DNA of 64,000 nucleotides from a virus. The DNA lies in IMG/VR virus record IMGVR_UViG_3300028654_000018, positions 4,508 to 68,507 of that record. One strand, given 5' to 3'. Of this stretch, positions 33,901-45,676 are shown piece after piece (the stretch's first letter is position 1; the number at the start of each line of letters is the position of its first letter). A program made the translations under genes and the position numbers. The notes beneath the pieces were generated by a model that worked only from the letters and a program-made list of their open reading frames with translations, was not told the DNA's origin and did not search any database.

Positions 33901-34308
33901 GTAAAAAGAGTTATTATATCTGGATTCATTACACAATTTATTTTAATTTCGCCGCGTATTCGAGACGGCGGTAAGGAGATCGGATAATTCCCATAACCAA
34001 ATACTATATTTGGTTCAGCCATTTCTTCTATAGACAACATGCTACTAGGAATAGCAAACAGTTCGACTTGTTCGGTATCTGTGTGAATGATCTTTATTAG
34101 TGTGCGATTCGCCACGTTATTTCGGAGTTTTAATTGCTTGAATGACTTCTACGAGAACCCAGCGTGCTGGAGTATAGTCGATGCGCTTGCAAACTTCTAG
34201 TTCTTCTGCAGTGAGAGTAGGATCAGCCATAAATTGATATACGTTTGTGTTACCGTCTGCACGAACTACATGTTCTCTTTTGCCTAGCTTACTTTGATGA
34301 TTTGCCAT
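30999..34308 (-). CDS. Run of about ten small hypothetical/membrane proteins
   Basis: ORF track; 33022-33594 and 33675-34115 share (F/Y)DPDD-x-(Q/E)-x-AL-x2-R-x2-H...PD and look paralogous. Confidence 0.55.
31410..31437. terminator. Intrinsic terminator
   Basis: AAAATAGCACG-ATTTCT-CGTGCTATTTT inverted repeat. Confidence 0.75.
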
Positions 34309-34425
34309 TTTATACTCCGGAGTATTGTTTCAGGGACTTGACAACATTCACTATAGTTGTTTCTGTGTGCCAATACAAATTTATTTTTGACCTAGAATAT
34401 TTGCCCAGATATTATTAAATAGATT

Positions 34426-35091
34426 ATGATGAAATTTTTCAAAGCTCTTTTGGTCTGTTTAATAGTAACCTCGTTCATATCAGTTCCGAATCCTGTCGCG
34501 GCAGAAACTATATATCAACCAGAACATGTAGCAAAATTTAGAATAGAAAAAAATGAAGGCATCATCAATATTCAAGGTACAATCGACGAAGATTCCGCGA
34601 CACAAACAGACAACGCATTTATATTTTTTAAACTTCATAATATACACAATGTAATCATTCATTTGCATAGTTTGGGCGGTTCTGTAAAAGCCGGCATAAA
34701 AATTATCGATGATATGAATGCCGCAAAAGATTTAAAAGTTGACGTTATCACAATGGTAGATCACAAAGAATATTGCGCCAGTATGTGTACCGCCATTTTT
34801 GCAGCAGGATCAAGTAGAATTGCCGCAGCAGACACAATTTGGATGTTTCATTCACCCTTTGTAAAATTAACAGACGAAGAAAAAAATGATCCGATGATTG
34901 TTTTGGCTGCTAAGTTACAAACAGCAACAGCTAGAAGAATAATGCTAGCCGTCTATCGTTCTGCTGATCCCATGTTTACTGATACTGTTTTAGTTAAATA
35001 TGTGAATGATGATACCGGCAAACAACTTATTTTATACGGTAGCGATCTTATTAAACATACCAACTTTATTACATTCGGAATCATTAACTAA
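34426..35091 (+). CDS. Secreted ClpP/crotonase-fold serine protease-like protein
   Basis: Signal peptide; LHSLGGSV, CASMC and MFHSP motifs. Confidence 0.7.
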   Translation: MMKFFKALLVCLIVTSFISVPNPVAAETIYQPEHVAKFRIEKNEGIINIQGTIDEDSATQTDNAFIFFKLHNIHNVIIHLHSLGGSVKAGIKIIDDMNAAKDLKVDVITMVDHKEYCASMCTAIFAAGSSRIAAADTIWMFHSPFVKLTDEEKNDPMIVLAAKLQTATARRIMLAVYRSADPMFTDTVLVKYVNDDTGKQLILYGSDLIKHTNFITFGIIN

Positions 35092-35549
35092 ATCTTTTTA
35101 AGAGTAATGCCAGCTTCTTTTAACTTTATTTCACCAATAATAATACTCTTGCGCCATTTTTCTTTTAAATGAACATAAGAATCAACATCATCATATGGGA
35201 TATTGACCGTTTTGATCTCGGCGTAAATTAAGTCGTCAGCACAAGTAGTGCAAGGCGCTAAAGTAGAATAAACATGACATCCTTTTAGAGACTCTAAATC
35301 ATGATCTTTTAAATTCTTTCTTGCTTCGGCAATAGCGCGTTTTTCCGCACACATTAGCCATAGTGATTTTTCTCCGGCTTTTAATCTCTTCGGTTTGTTC
35401 TTTACGCCGTCTGCAAAGTTATTATTTGCTTTTGCTATAACTGTTTTACCATCGGGCGCGACGATTACTGCGCCAACTTTAACTGTTGGATGTGGGCTTC
35501 CTTTGGCTTCTTCAAAAGCTAACTCTATGAAATCTTTTTTCTTTGTCAT
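35088..35549 (-). CDS. dCMP/cytidine deaminase family protein
   Basis: KVGAVIV, CAE (in place of HAE), PCTTC. Confidence 0.8.
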   Translation of the reverse strand: MTKKKDFIELAFEEAKGSPHPTVKVGAVIVAPDGKTVIAKANNNFADGVKNKPKRLKAGEKSLWLMCAEKRAIAEARKNLKDHDLESLKGCHVYSTLAPCTTCADDLIYAEIKTVNIPYDDVDSYVHLKEKWRKSIIIGEIKLKEAGITLKKI

Positions 35550-37338
35550 TGTGACATTCTCATCATGAATTCCGCTTCATCTTCTTCATTGTTAAAAGCT
35601 ATTGATACTCTTGCAAAAGTTATGAGTGGCGTTTCTGCTATTTCATATGCCATGTTATAATTGTTGGGATATATCAATTTTAGATTATTATAGACTTCAG
35701 AAATATTAGGAATATCAGTATCATACTCAGTCGCCCAGATAAACTCCATCTTGCCTCCACCTGCTGCAAGTGCGCCATCAGATATTCTTTTAAAAATTAC
35801 ATGTCTTCCATCTATAATCATATTTCTATTCCGCCCGATGCCCAAAGCATAAATGCTGCCTCATCTGAATCATTTTTAAATTCTACGATCATCTGATATG
35901 CCGTAGGAAAAATTATTGCTTCTTTTAATACTCTACATTTCGGATTATGCGTGAAAAGTGTTGTTTCTAAAGCATCGCACGATTCTTTGCTAAACCACGA
36001 TAAACTAGACAGAGCATGAATACCACGCCAGCGACGTTTTTTCTTTGATGTTTGTTCGAATGTTATTTTCATTTACCACCAATCGAACCAGTCATCATCG
36101 ACATCGATTTGAACGCCATCTGCACCATTTGATGTTAGTAATATAAATGCTGCCTCATCTGCTTCGTTACTGAAAGAAACAGATATTTGATTACATGATC
36201 TATATTTTATTTTGATGTACTGAATATTCAAAAGAATTGGTATTTTTTTAAATTCTGCGAGAATTTTTTTAAAATTTTGCTTATCGAACTGTCTATGCGT
36301 CTGCCACGTGGATATATACCCTTTGAATGGTATATCACGCTTACGAAATGTAATATATGCTTTAGTAACTGCCATTTTTACCTCGAATTGCATTAAGATA
36401 GTTTAACACAATGTCTAATGAATAATCAATATTCTATAAATTTGATGTCTCTTCCAGTAAAATATAACTTAAACAATGCCGATACAGTCTCGGCTTCTTC
36501 TCCTGGCAAATGTATCAGACCATAATATACATAATACTCATTTACAAAATCCGCAGTGCAAAATGAGTGCGGCGACGCATAATTGCGATTAGATCGATCA
36601 AGATCATCTACTGTGAGATTTGATATTGCTTCATTAACCATATTTGCAACATATTTGTTAAGATCGAGTGTAGCCACATCTTGTTTTGTTTCTGCATCAT
36701 AACAATCATAGTTGAATTGTTCACATAAAAAATTATGAACTTCTTTCATTAATTTTTTGTCAGAATCCTGTGTTATACGTGTAGATGATGTACCACTAGT
36801 AACAATGGTAATAGGACATACGTCATTTAGCCGTTGTTGTGAAAATAATGTCACGGTAATGGTCATATTTCTATCCTTTTTTCATTTGATAACCACCAAA
36901 ACATGAACACTGCTGCTTCTTCATCTGTAGTAAGCTTTATTAGCATTTGATGTTGATTTTCTCCGTAAGATCCACTATCTATACAAGTTTCTATATCTGA
37001 AAATCGTTCTTTTAAAAAACTCGAAATTTGTTCGCATGTTTCTCGGGGACAAAAAGTAAGAGTAAACCAAGTACGAATATTTGTATGTTTATTAATTCTT
37101 ACGATCATAGATCAAATGCTCCAGCACTCGCAAGCATTACGAATTCTGCATCATCTTCTTCTGTTGATAATATCACTGCAACAGTATCGTTATATTCTCC
37201 TACATATGCATTAGGTAATTTTTCTTGAATTTTAAGTCGTACTGCTGCTCTATCAATCCAACTATCAAAATCGCAACTTTTCCAAACAAAAGTATCGGTA
37301 GTAGTTTCTGATCTATCTCTTTTAAATGTTACTTTCAT
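35546..37338 (-). CDS. Array of six small paralogous proteins with DEAxF motif
   Basis: EDEAEFMM, SDEAAFML, ADEAAFIL, VSALFKLYF, DEEAAVFMF, EDDAEFVML. Confidence 0.65.
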
Positions 37339-38156
37339 AGTTTGAAAAACTCTAATTTACCATGAAATTCTTCGATACAATTCAGCAACAGTTCTTTGAT
37401 AGCTTTTTCATCCGGACGATCTTGTAGTGTAGAGTTTTCATATGCTGTTAGCATTACTTTATCTAACCGATTGAATTCTATCTCTAATTCTGATAATGAA
37501 TATTTTCCTTGTCTAACTTCTAACAAATAATCTCCGTCGCGCTTAATGTTAAAATCACCGGTATTTAAAATTTGTTCAGCTTCAAGCATAAGTCGCAACA
37601 TATGTCCGGCATATTTTGTATCATATCCAAATGTTGCTATAGATGCAGCACGGCTTTGATTTAAATGTCCATTTTTATTTTTAATTTTGTGGAATTGGCT
37701 ATGTGCAAATCCCGTATATTTGTAATATGCTCCTCTATGGATAAATATCTTACGATTGTCGCGTACCATCTTAGAAATTTTCGTTTGTGTAATTACATCT
37801 ACATCACATGTAAAGATACTATCGAGCATATTGGGGTTGTTACCCATCATCAATTGAAAATATTTTACAATTGAATAAATTGAAATATCATATTCGGCTG
37901 TATTATCTACAAGATGATGCTCTTGATATTGCTCAAAGCGTTGCTGTTGCGTTCCAAAACCGTCAATTTCTCCTCGCAAATGTGGGAAGATCATATCGAG
38001 CGGCGGGATACAAAAACCATAAACATCTTTATCAGAACTATCTTGTGAACAACCATATGCCTGAGAACCCATCACAGTTTCATACACAGTATTTGTAATC
38101 ACAAAATCTGGCGGATGTGCTAAACCTTTAGCTGTGAGTTCTGAAATAAGTGTCAC
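37335..38156 (-). CDS. Pol-beta superfamily nucleotidyltransferase (YcgL/RlaP-like)
   Basis: GSQAYG-x5-SDKD, NNPNMLD, YDTKYAGHMLRL. Confidence 0.8.
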   Translation of the reverse strand: MTLISELTAKGLAHPPDFVITNTVYETVMGSQAYGCSQDSSDKDVYGFCIPPLDMIFPHLRGEIDGFGTQQQRFEQYQEHHLVDNTAEYDISIYSIVKYFQLMMGNNPNMLDSIFTCDVDVITQTKISKMVRDNRKIFIHRGAYYKYTGFAHSQFHKIKNKNGHLNQSRAASIATFGYDTKYAGHMLRLMLEAEQILNTGDFNIKRDGDYLLEVRQGKYSLSELEIEFNRLDKVMLTAYENSTLQDRPDEKAIKELLLNCIEEFHGKLEFFKL

Positions 38157-38281
38157 AAATTTCCTTCATGCAAAATTCTTATTGAAGTAATAATATTGTC
38201 TTCGATATCCACTGGACCCTCAACGTAAATGTATTTGTCATCAGTCGGAATTATCTTTTCCATTTTCATTTTTTGATCCCC

Positions 38282-41200
38282 CTATTCCTCGCTAAACAAT
38301 TTTATGTTTACGAAATAACATTCTTCACAGTATGGACCAGCATCATTTATATCATACATACTGTCTTCTGCTTTGCCTGCCCTTCCTGTCTCACATTCAC
38401 ACATAAAACAGTGTTCTCGTGTTAAACCCGGATATTTGGCATTAATTCTAGTATGAGCGTCTTGAGTCAATGCGCCGGATATTCCCATCTGTTTACGAAT
38501 TTCTTTGTTTCGTTGGTCAATTTTACTAGTCATCGCTAAACAATCCTTCTTGTTTAAAGAAATTCCACAAATCGCACTTATTCTTAATTGTATTTTTCTG
38601 AATCATTTCATAATATGATCTATTCTTAATAGCCATCGGAATTTCTTTATTCATTGCCTTTCCAATTTTATCAAGCATAGTGAAAATCTGCTTCTGTGTT
38701 TTATTCTCTGGCGTCCAAGCTCCCCATGAATAACTATCCCATTTTGTTTTTTCTGGTCCCTTGGTTTTATATGCACGAATGTTGCTAAAACCCCTTGATT
38801 CCATACGATATGCTAGACGCTTTTCGATTGCGGAGACATCTTTTAATTCTAGCCGACGTTTCATTCTACGTTCTTGCCAATCATCAAGATTAGATGCCTC
38901 GAACGCCCAAAGCAACCCGGCGTCAAAGTTGTGAAGTACGCTTGGCGATTGTGACAGAGGAACAGTACCCGCGTGAATTTCTGCGGCGCGTTTCTTTGTC
39001 CATTTATAATTTCCTTTTGGTCGTATAAGACCTTTTGATTTAGCATCAAAATTATTGAAAGTCACAAAGAATTGATTTGTGATTTTATTAAAAATTACCG
39101 TAGCAATTTGTGGTTTATCGCTATTTCTTATCATGTGTATCTCCGCTAGATATTACTCATGATGTCAGTATAGCATACTGCGGCACAAAGTCAACTAAAT
39201 GAGGTCAGAGATAGTTAAAATTTTATCTATTATTAGGTATCGAGTTCTTCTCGATATCCCCATTGCCCATGCAAATAATGCAATGGTTTTGGCTTCTTAG
39301 GAATCATACTCCAAAACAGTTTTGTCAATGGAAGCGAGGCAGCATTACAACCACTCTTAGTCATAGCATCCATAATATCTTCATCGCTATAATTCATATC
39401 TAACATTTTTTGTGGGATTACCGTACACATTTTAGTATATGGTTTTAATTCTATATTTGTCGAATCCGCGATATTTTTTTGATTGTATGAGATGTTTCCG
39501 AATAGTGCTAACGCAAATAATATGATAAGCGTTGATTTATTCTTACGAAAAATATCAGAAGTTTTAACAGATACTTTTTTGTTTATGTTAGAAACTGTTC
39601 GCACTAACAAATATGGTAGTCCAAATGAAAACAGTAGCATAATAATAATTGCGGTTGGAGAGAAAACAATCGAAAGAGTCATCAACATCATAATCTTTGC
39701 TATTACAAAGTCTGAAACGGCCGGAGCCCACATATCTGGATTGACCGTAATGTGCGTGACTGGGACTACAGCGGATGCGAGAATACTAAGCATGAATTTC
39801 CTTTTAAATGGTTAATATAGCATTGTACTATATAACCGCTTTAAAAGTCAAAATTTATATAGTTTGGGTCGATTTCTGTTCGGGATACAAGCGTCAGATT
39901 GGCTTTAGGTCTATCGGATTCTATTGGAGCGTCATTTACTGAGGCTAATCTAGGTTTTGGTCTAGCCGGTACAAATTTAGGAAACAATTCATTGAACAAT
40001 GCACTACATAGCATATCAAATTCTTTTTTCTTCGTTTCTGGATCGACCATTTGTTCATAAGAATATGTGACGTTATTTTCGTATGGATCCTGTTTAAACG
40101 GAACTACTGGATCAGAGAAGCCATTATTGAGCGCATTTTGCGTCATGGCTTCGAGAATTTGTTCTACCTGCTGTGTTGATCGACGCTTCATAAACGAGTA
40201 ATCAATGTTATCTTCCGACATCTTTCATGCTCCGATAAGTTGTTTAAGCACAATTAATATTTCCTATACAACGACCAATTTAACTATCTTCCAAATTTTT
40301 TCATCACAGTCGAACGTTATAATTTGCTCTTTTTGCAGCAAAATATACATCTCACAAATGGATGTAAAATTATCACCCCATGTTGCTAGATTTCCGTGTT
40401 CTTTAATGTGCTTTATAGCATCAAATTTTAGTTCGTCATTTGTCATACTTTTATAATAGCACACTGCGGTCAAGTGTCAACTAAAAAGTGACCTAAAAAA
40501 TATGATTAACTTTTAGTTAATTTACATCCACTTCATTAAGAAAAAGTTCATATCATCTTCGCTTTCAAAGACCCAGACTTCATTATACATGCCCATTAGA
40601 AGAAATCTTTTTTCTAATGTTGTTCTACACCAGGCACAGACTTCTTTTAATTTTTCAAGATATGCTAAATCATATTTTGACATATTTACAGTAGAAGTAG
40701 AAAAAATATTAAGAGTTCCCCACGCAGATTTATTTACCGCATCCGCAATACCAGTGCATAGTTCTCCGGGCAATGTATACACATTATCCCATTCGCGTGT
40801 AATATGTTTTAAATTTTTGCCATATAATATATATCGAACTGCATTTTTAAGTTCGACTACATTAGTGGTTTCACTAAATTCAAATGCATCTTCCGGCGAT
40901 ACTTTATCGATGATATGTTCTTTAAAAAATGCATCAAAAGCAGCTAGTGATCTAAAATATAAATCATACATATTTGTTTCATATGATATTTCGCATAATT
41001 TTATCGAAGAATATTCATTCGATGATAAATTATTAAGAGCTTTTTTCGACTTTGCGTACTGTTCCATGGACATTTGTAGTGTTAGTCTAAAAGGAAACTC
41101 AGTTAATAATTTTTCTCGTTTATTTTGAATGGTTATAATCGACAATGCTTTTTTCTCATTATATGGTTTAGTAAGATAGAGTAATGAAGATGATCGATTT

Positions 41201-41424
41201 TTATGATATTTTATAAATGCTCTTTTTCTAGTAAAAAGCATATTAATAAATGGATCATAATCATCATTTTCTTTATCTACAAGATGCTCTATTACTTTAT
41301 TGAATTCTTTTTCACCCTTAGACAAATTAGCATGACTAAGCGGCGTAATATTACCATATCCGCGTAGCATTGCAATCAGACAATTGCTATAACTAGAATT
41401 TTGAGATGGCTCGAATGTTATCAT
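38282..41424 (-). CDS. Six hypothetical proteins (38282-38533, 38526-39134, 39233-39793, 39841-40221, 40264-40473, 40522-41424)
   Basis: ORF track; several follow TTGAC-type promoters. Confidence 0.55.
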
Positions 41425-43139
41425 TTTTCTTTTAACTTTTTATTCTTCAATATTAATTTATGTGTGTGAAATTTATCTATAGTCTTTCTATGACCAACAC
41501 TTATTATAGTAGTCTTAGGTAGTTTTGCCAAAAGTAATTTATAACTAACTTGCTCACTTTCTTCGTCCATCGAACTAGTGGATTCATCGAGAAATAGAAA
41601 GTCGGGCTTCTGTAATATAGCGCGAATGAATGCAATTTTTTGTTTTTGGCCGCCCGATAATATTTTGTTCCAGTCAGCTTCCTTAAGAATATCATCTCGG
41701 AGATCATGTAAACCAATTTCATACATCAACTGTTGTATTTCTGCCCGATCAAAAAGTATTTGCAAAACTGTTTTTCCTTTAGTATCTGGAGAATTTCCCG
41801 GATAACATATAACATCCAGTAATGTTCCCAATGGCATATAGGAATTCTGACTAATGAACATTTGCGTCTTATTTGTTGGCATATTGATTGTTCCCAACGC
41901 ATATGGCCAAATATTCGCAATACATCTTAATAGTGTACTTTTGCCTGTGCCATTTGCGCCAGAGATAACATATCTTCCTGTAGTTTTGAAGTTAAACGTA
42001 GCATTATCAAGTAATACGCCATTGTTAGGCAATGAAATTGTGAAGTTCTTGATACCAAATATTTTTTTATTAATGAATTTCACTTTTTTATTATGATCTA
42101 ATTCTTGCCAATCATTGACTGCCGTTTCAAAACCATTTAAACGATTTATCACGGCGCGATAATTTGCTAAATTTGTAAAGCTATCGACAAACCATGCCAA
42201 AGAACTTTGAACACTGTCGAATGCACTTGCTGTTTGCATTAATCCACCAAGTTTAATAGCTCCAGAGAAAAACCTCGGCGCACTTACGAGATAGGGAAAT
42301 ATCACGGCTATTTGTGAAAAATAACTCGACCACCAATTCAAATGCTTTTGTTTTGTATTAATTTTGTTGAAGTTATCGAAGACAAAAGAAAATCGTTTCA
42401 TAAATCCTTTCTTCTCAAATTTTTCTCCCTTATACAGAACAATGCTTTCACTATTCTCTCTTGTTCGCATCAAACTATAACGAAAGTTGGCTTCGAATTG
42501 CTCTTGAATGAAACTAAGACCAGGAAGTTTTTTACCGATCTTTCTCGTTACGAACGTTCCAAATACTGAATAAACTAATACTCCCCACACAAGATAATGT
42601 CCGATGAATATTTCATGCCCCATCAAAGTGAAAGTTATGCTGTCACTTAATCCCCACAATATAAAAATGAAGCTAAAGAACGTTACAACAGAACTTAATA
42701 GTCCGAGACTTAACGACAAGCTTAAAACAACGAATGAGTTGATATCTTCACTTATACGTTGGTCTACGTTATCGGCACTTGATGAAAGAAATTGGGAACC
42801 GTAAAATGTTTTTGTTTTAAGCCACGTTTCTAGATTTTTCTCTGTGAGCCAATTTCTCCACGTAATCTGTAATTTTTGAAAAAAGTAAGATTTATACCCG
42901 TATATACCAACAAATATTAATGCTAGTATCATAAATTTCTTAATATAGTACAAGAAAGCTGGTTGGTCTAAATTTTGTAAACTATCATAAAAGCCATTGC
43001 GCCAGCTATTAAACTGCACATTTAAATATACGAGTGTCATTTCCATTGCAATGATCGAAACTAATAAAAATATAGGTTTCCATCTATTTGGATTCGTAAC
43101 AAAAAAAGCTTTCCAGTATTTTACGATTGATTTAAACAT
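41421..43139 (-). CDS. ABC transporter, fused permease/ATPase (YddA/BclA/ExsE, SbmA-BacA related)
   Basis: DNVDQRISED, EANFRYSL, GANGTGKST Walker A, LSGGQKQ signature, FLDESTS, SVGHR. Confidence 0.92.
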   Translation of the reverse strand: MFKSIVKYWKAFFVTNPNRWKPIFLLVSIIAMEMTLVYLNVQFNSWRNGFYDSLQNLDQPAFLYYIKKFMILALIFVGIYGYKSYFFQKLQITWRNWLTEKNLETWLKTKTFYGSQFLSSSADNVDQRISEDINSFVVLSLSLSLGLLSSVVTFFSFIFILWGLSDSITFTLMGHEIFIGHYLVWGVLVYSVFGTFVTRKIGKKLPGLSFIQEQFEANFRYSLMRTRENSESIVLYKGEKFEKKGFMKRFSFVFDNFNKINTKQKHLNWWSSYFSQIAVIFPYLVSAPRFFSGAIKLGGLMQTASAFDSVQSSLAWFVDSFTNLANYRAVINRLNGFETAVNDWQELDHNKKVKFINKKIFGIKNFTISLPNNGVLLDNATFNFKTTGRYVISGANGTGKSTLLRCIANIWPYALGTINMPTNKTQMFISQNSYMPLGTLLDVICYPGNSPDTKGKTVLQILFDRAEIQQLMYEIGLHDLRDDILKEADWNKILSGGQKQKIAFIRAILQKPDFLFLDESTSSMDEESEQVSYKLLLAKLPKTTIISVGHRKTIDKFHTHKLILKNKKLKEK

Positions 43140-43144
43140 AATTT

Positions 43145-43585
43145 TTATTTTTCATCTGAGGGGGAATATGACTGTGTATATGATATATTATTTTTAATCT
43201 CAGAAGCAAGAGATATTTTTTCTATAAGTTTCTTAAAACACTTCTTTCTATTGATTTGCCAGTTCTTACTATTTCTTGGCATATCTAAATGCCACATATA
43301 TTCAATCTTCGCTGATATCACTGCACTATCAGTCTCATTATCATTCGTAAAAATCATATCAATTGCATTGATTGCCTTTATAAAGTCCACAGTGACTGTA
43401 TCGAAATTATTTTCTAACAAAATTCTTAGTATTTTTTTACCTTCATCATTGTGGCGTTTTATTTTGGAAAAATAATCTTTTAACGCATCGTACAGCAACT
43501 TAATTAAAAACCCAGATAAGAGCGTTATCGTGTGTGCCGTGGGCTTATGATTTTCTAAAATATCAGAAATAAAATCTATATTCAT
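43145..43585 (-). CDS. Hypothetical protein
   Basis: ORF track. Confidence 0.5.
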   Translation of the reverse strand: MNIDFISDILENHKPTAHTITLLSGFLIKLLYDALKDYFSKIKRHNDEGKKILRILLENNFDTVTVDFIKAINAIDMIFTNDNETDSAVISAKIEYMWHLDMPRNSKNWQINRKKCFKKLIEKISLASEIKNNISYTQSYSPSDEK

Positions 43586-44475
43586 TTAACATCCATCAGT
43601 GAGATCATATTCCACATTATAGTAGCGCCAGCCAATGCAGTAATCTGCGATACATCGTATGCCGGACATACTTCGACAAGATCAGCGCCGATCAATTTCT
43701 TATTTTTAGAATGAAGTTGTTTCATAATTTCCATAATCTGCCATGTGAACAAACCGCCGACTTCTGGCGTTCCTGTTCCTGGCGCTTGTGATGCATCGAG
43801 ACAGTCAATATCAAATGTCATATACGTTGGCAAACCATCCGTAGATTGAATAATATCGTCGGCCAGATCATCCAAATTCATTTTATGAACCGTTGATGCG
43901 TTATATTGAATGATTCCTCTATCTATTAGCCAGTCATTGTTGCTTTTTGGAGAAGATGAACGAATTCCAATTTGAACTATGCGTTCTGGATCTACTAATC
44001 CATCTTCAATTGCCAATCTTAAAAAATTTCCGTGATTGGGCGTTTTACCTTCGTCCCAAGCATCAATGTGCGCATCGAAATGAACGAGCGACATTTTCCC
44101 ATATTTTTTATAATGCGCTTTAAGAATCGGATAGGTAATTGTGTGGTCGCCACCCATAGAAATAAGTTTTGTTTTATCGACTAGCTTTGTAAAATCTGAT
44201 TCCAGCATTGCTATTGGTACTACTCGGTCGATTTCAACGTCTCCGATGTCTCCTACATTTTTTAAAATGTCGTCATATGACATATCTGTATATGGATTGC
44301 GGCCGTCGCATAGCATTGCGCTTGCATCACGAATAGCAGTTGGTCCCAATCTCGCGCCGGGTCTATTTGACGTTCCGAGATCATAACAAACTCCGACGGT
44401 TGATATAGGTTTATGACCGACAGGACCTACTGAAGTTTTCATAAAAGAACGTATGCCAGTGTAAGTATTCGTCAT
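43582..44475 (-). CDS. speB: Agmatinase / ureohydrolase
   Basis: RPGARLGP, GGDHT, DAHID, DIDCLD, APGTGTPEVGG, DLVEV. Confidence 0.92.
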   Translation of the reverse strand: MTNTYTGIRSFMKTSVGPVGHKPISTVGVCYDLGTSNRPGARLGPTAIRDASAMLCDGRNPYTDMSYDDILKNVGDIGDVEIDRVVPIAMLESDFTKLVDKTKLISMGGDHTITYPILKAHYKKYGKMSLVHFDAHIDAWDEGKTPNHGNFLRLAIEDGLVDPERIVQIGIRSSSPKSNNDWLIDRGIIQYNASTVHKMNLDDLADDIIQSTDGLPTYMTFDIDCLDASQAPGTGTPEVGGLFTWQIMEIMKQLHSKNKKLIGADLVEVCPAYDVSQITALAGATIMWNMISLMDVK

Positions 44476-44713
44476 TATGCGTCCTTTAGACGTATTAACA
44501 CATGCTCTGCGATAAGCCCTTGATCTGATTGATCTAATTTTTGATATTTCTTCGAATATTCGTCGTGTCTCTCTTTAAAAATCTTTGCATCGAAGCCTTC
44601 TTTAGCTTCGCAATAAGCTAAAAGATCAAAATATAGGGCAATAAGCTCCATCGGATCTATCATCCGTCTAGAATACTATGAAATGCTTGATATGTCAAAG
44701 ATTAAATAATATC

Positions 44714-45049
44714 ATGAAGTTAAAAGAACTCCTTAATGAAGCGATGTCTAAAGATCAAGCCGTGGCTACTTTTGCTCGATTTGGCGTGCGCGATGCCCTG
44801 AAATATGCCGCGCCACAATTGAAAACGTTATATCTTGCATTAGCAAAGAAAAACCATCCTGATGCGGGTGGGTCGGTAGAGCGCATGACTGAAATCAATG
44901 CCGCATACGATGTTTTGAAGAAAGTTAAAGCTGGCTTGGAAGCGTTTGGGTTTAATCGTGACGATTTTCCGTATACAGGAACTAAGCATACAGACGCCCT
45001 AAATCAGTTTTGGGCGGCTGCTGAACGCGCACGAAACAATAAGAAATAA
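44714..45049 (+). CDS. J-domain (DnaJ-like) protein with MKLKELLNE leader
   Basis: LAKKNHPDAGG...EINAAYDVL; TAAATA 5 nt before the ATG at 44714. Confidence 0.8.
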   Translation: MKLKELLNEAMSKDQAVATFARFGVRDALKYAAPQLKTLYLALAKKNHPDAGGSVERMTEINAAYDVLKKVKAGLEAFGFNRDDFPYTGTKHTDALNQFWAAAERARNNKK

Positions 45050-45095
45050 TTTGACATAAATAACTATGAACTGTTAAAGTTCTATTTTAGAGAAT

Positions 45096-45170
45096 GTTCC
45101 TGTAGCTTAACGGTTAAAGCAGTAATCTCTAAAATTATCAATGTCGATTCGATTTCGACCAGGAACACCA
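45096..45170 (+). tRNA. Amber suppressor tRNA (anticodon CUA)
   Basis: Acceptor GTTCCTG/CAGGAAC-A-CCA; anticodon arm GTAAT-CTCTAAA-ATTAT; T arm GTCGA-TTCGATT-TCGAC; TTGACA at 45051. Confidence 0.9.
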
Positions 45171-45193
45171 ACAACTAACAAAAAGGATATACT

Positions 45194-45283
45194 ATGACTA
45201 TGTAGGTTTATAATTCTCGCGCTTCTCCTTGTAAGGTAATTAAACGATTAATTACACATCTTACAATCTCAAAGGAGAACAAC
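45194..45283 (+). promoter_or_regulatory. Amber-interrupted leader (MTM*VYNSRASP...) with SD-sequestering hairpin
   Basis: AAAGGA SD, ATG 45194, TAG 45203-45205, then open and in frame to ATG 45284; TTCTCCTT 45223-45230 pairs with AAGGAGAA 45272-45279. Confidence 0.75.
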
Positions 45284-45676
45284 ATGACTAACACGACACA
45301 TACACCAAAAACTAATTTTTTCAATACCAAAGAAGACTATATTAAATTTATTACTCACTGGAAAGCTTTAGCTAACAGCAAAAAAGCTACGTGCGAAGAA
45401 CATATACTTTACACAATTCTAAAAGGTAATGATTTTAATAAAGCATTTACTCCCGTTACAAATAAAACTAAAATAATACATAATTTAAGCGGAAATAAAT
45501 ATGGTAACATTGCTACTGCATATCATAGAGTTAGCTATGCACTTACAACTATCCAAGGACCGCTGCATCTAATTATTAAGTCAAGTTGGTATACGACACT
45601 AAATGATGATACTAAGGAAAAATTAAAATTTTTCTTCACTAATACAACATTTAAGAAAATAATCGGAGAAGAATAA
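45284..45676 (+). CDS. Hypothetical protein
   Basis: AAGGAG SD; HILYTILKG...KAFTPVTN; TAATG coupling to the next gene. Confidence 0.75.
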   Translation: MTNTTHTPKTNFFNTKEDYIKFITHWKALANSKKATCEEHILYTILKGNDFNKAFTPVTNKTKIIHNLSGNKYGNIATAYHRVSYALTTIQGPLHLIIKSSWYTTLNDDTKEKLKFFFTNTTFKKIIGEE

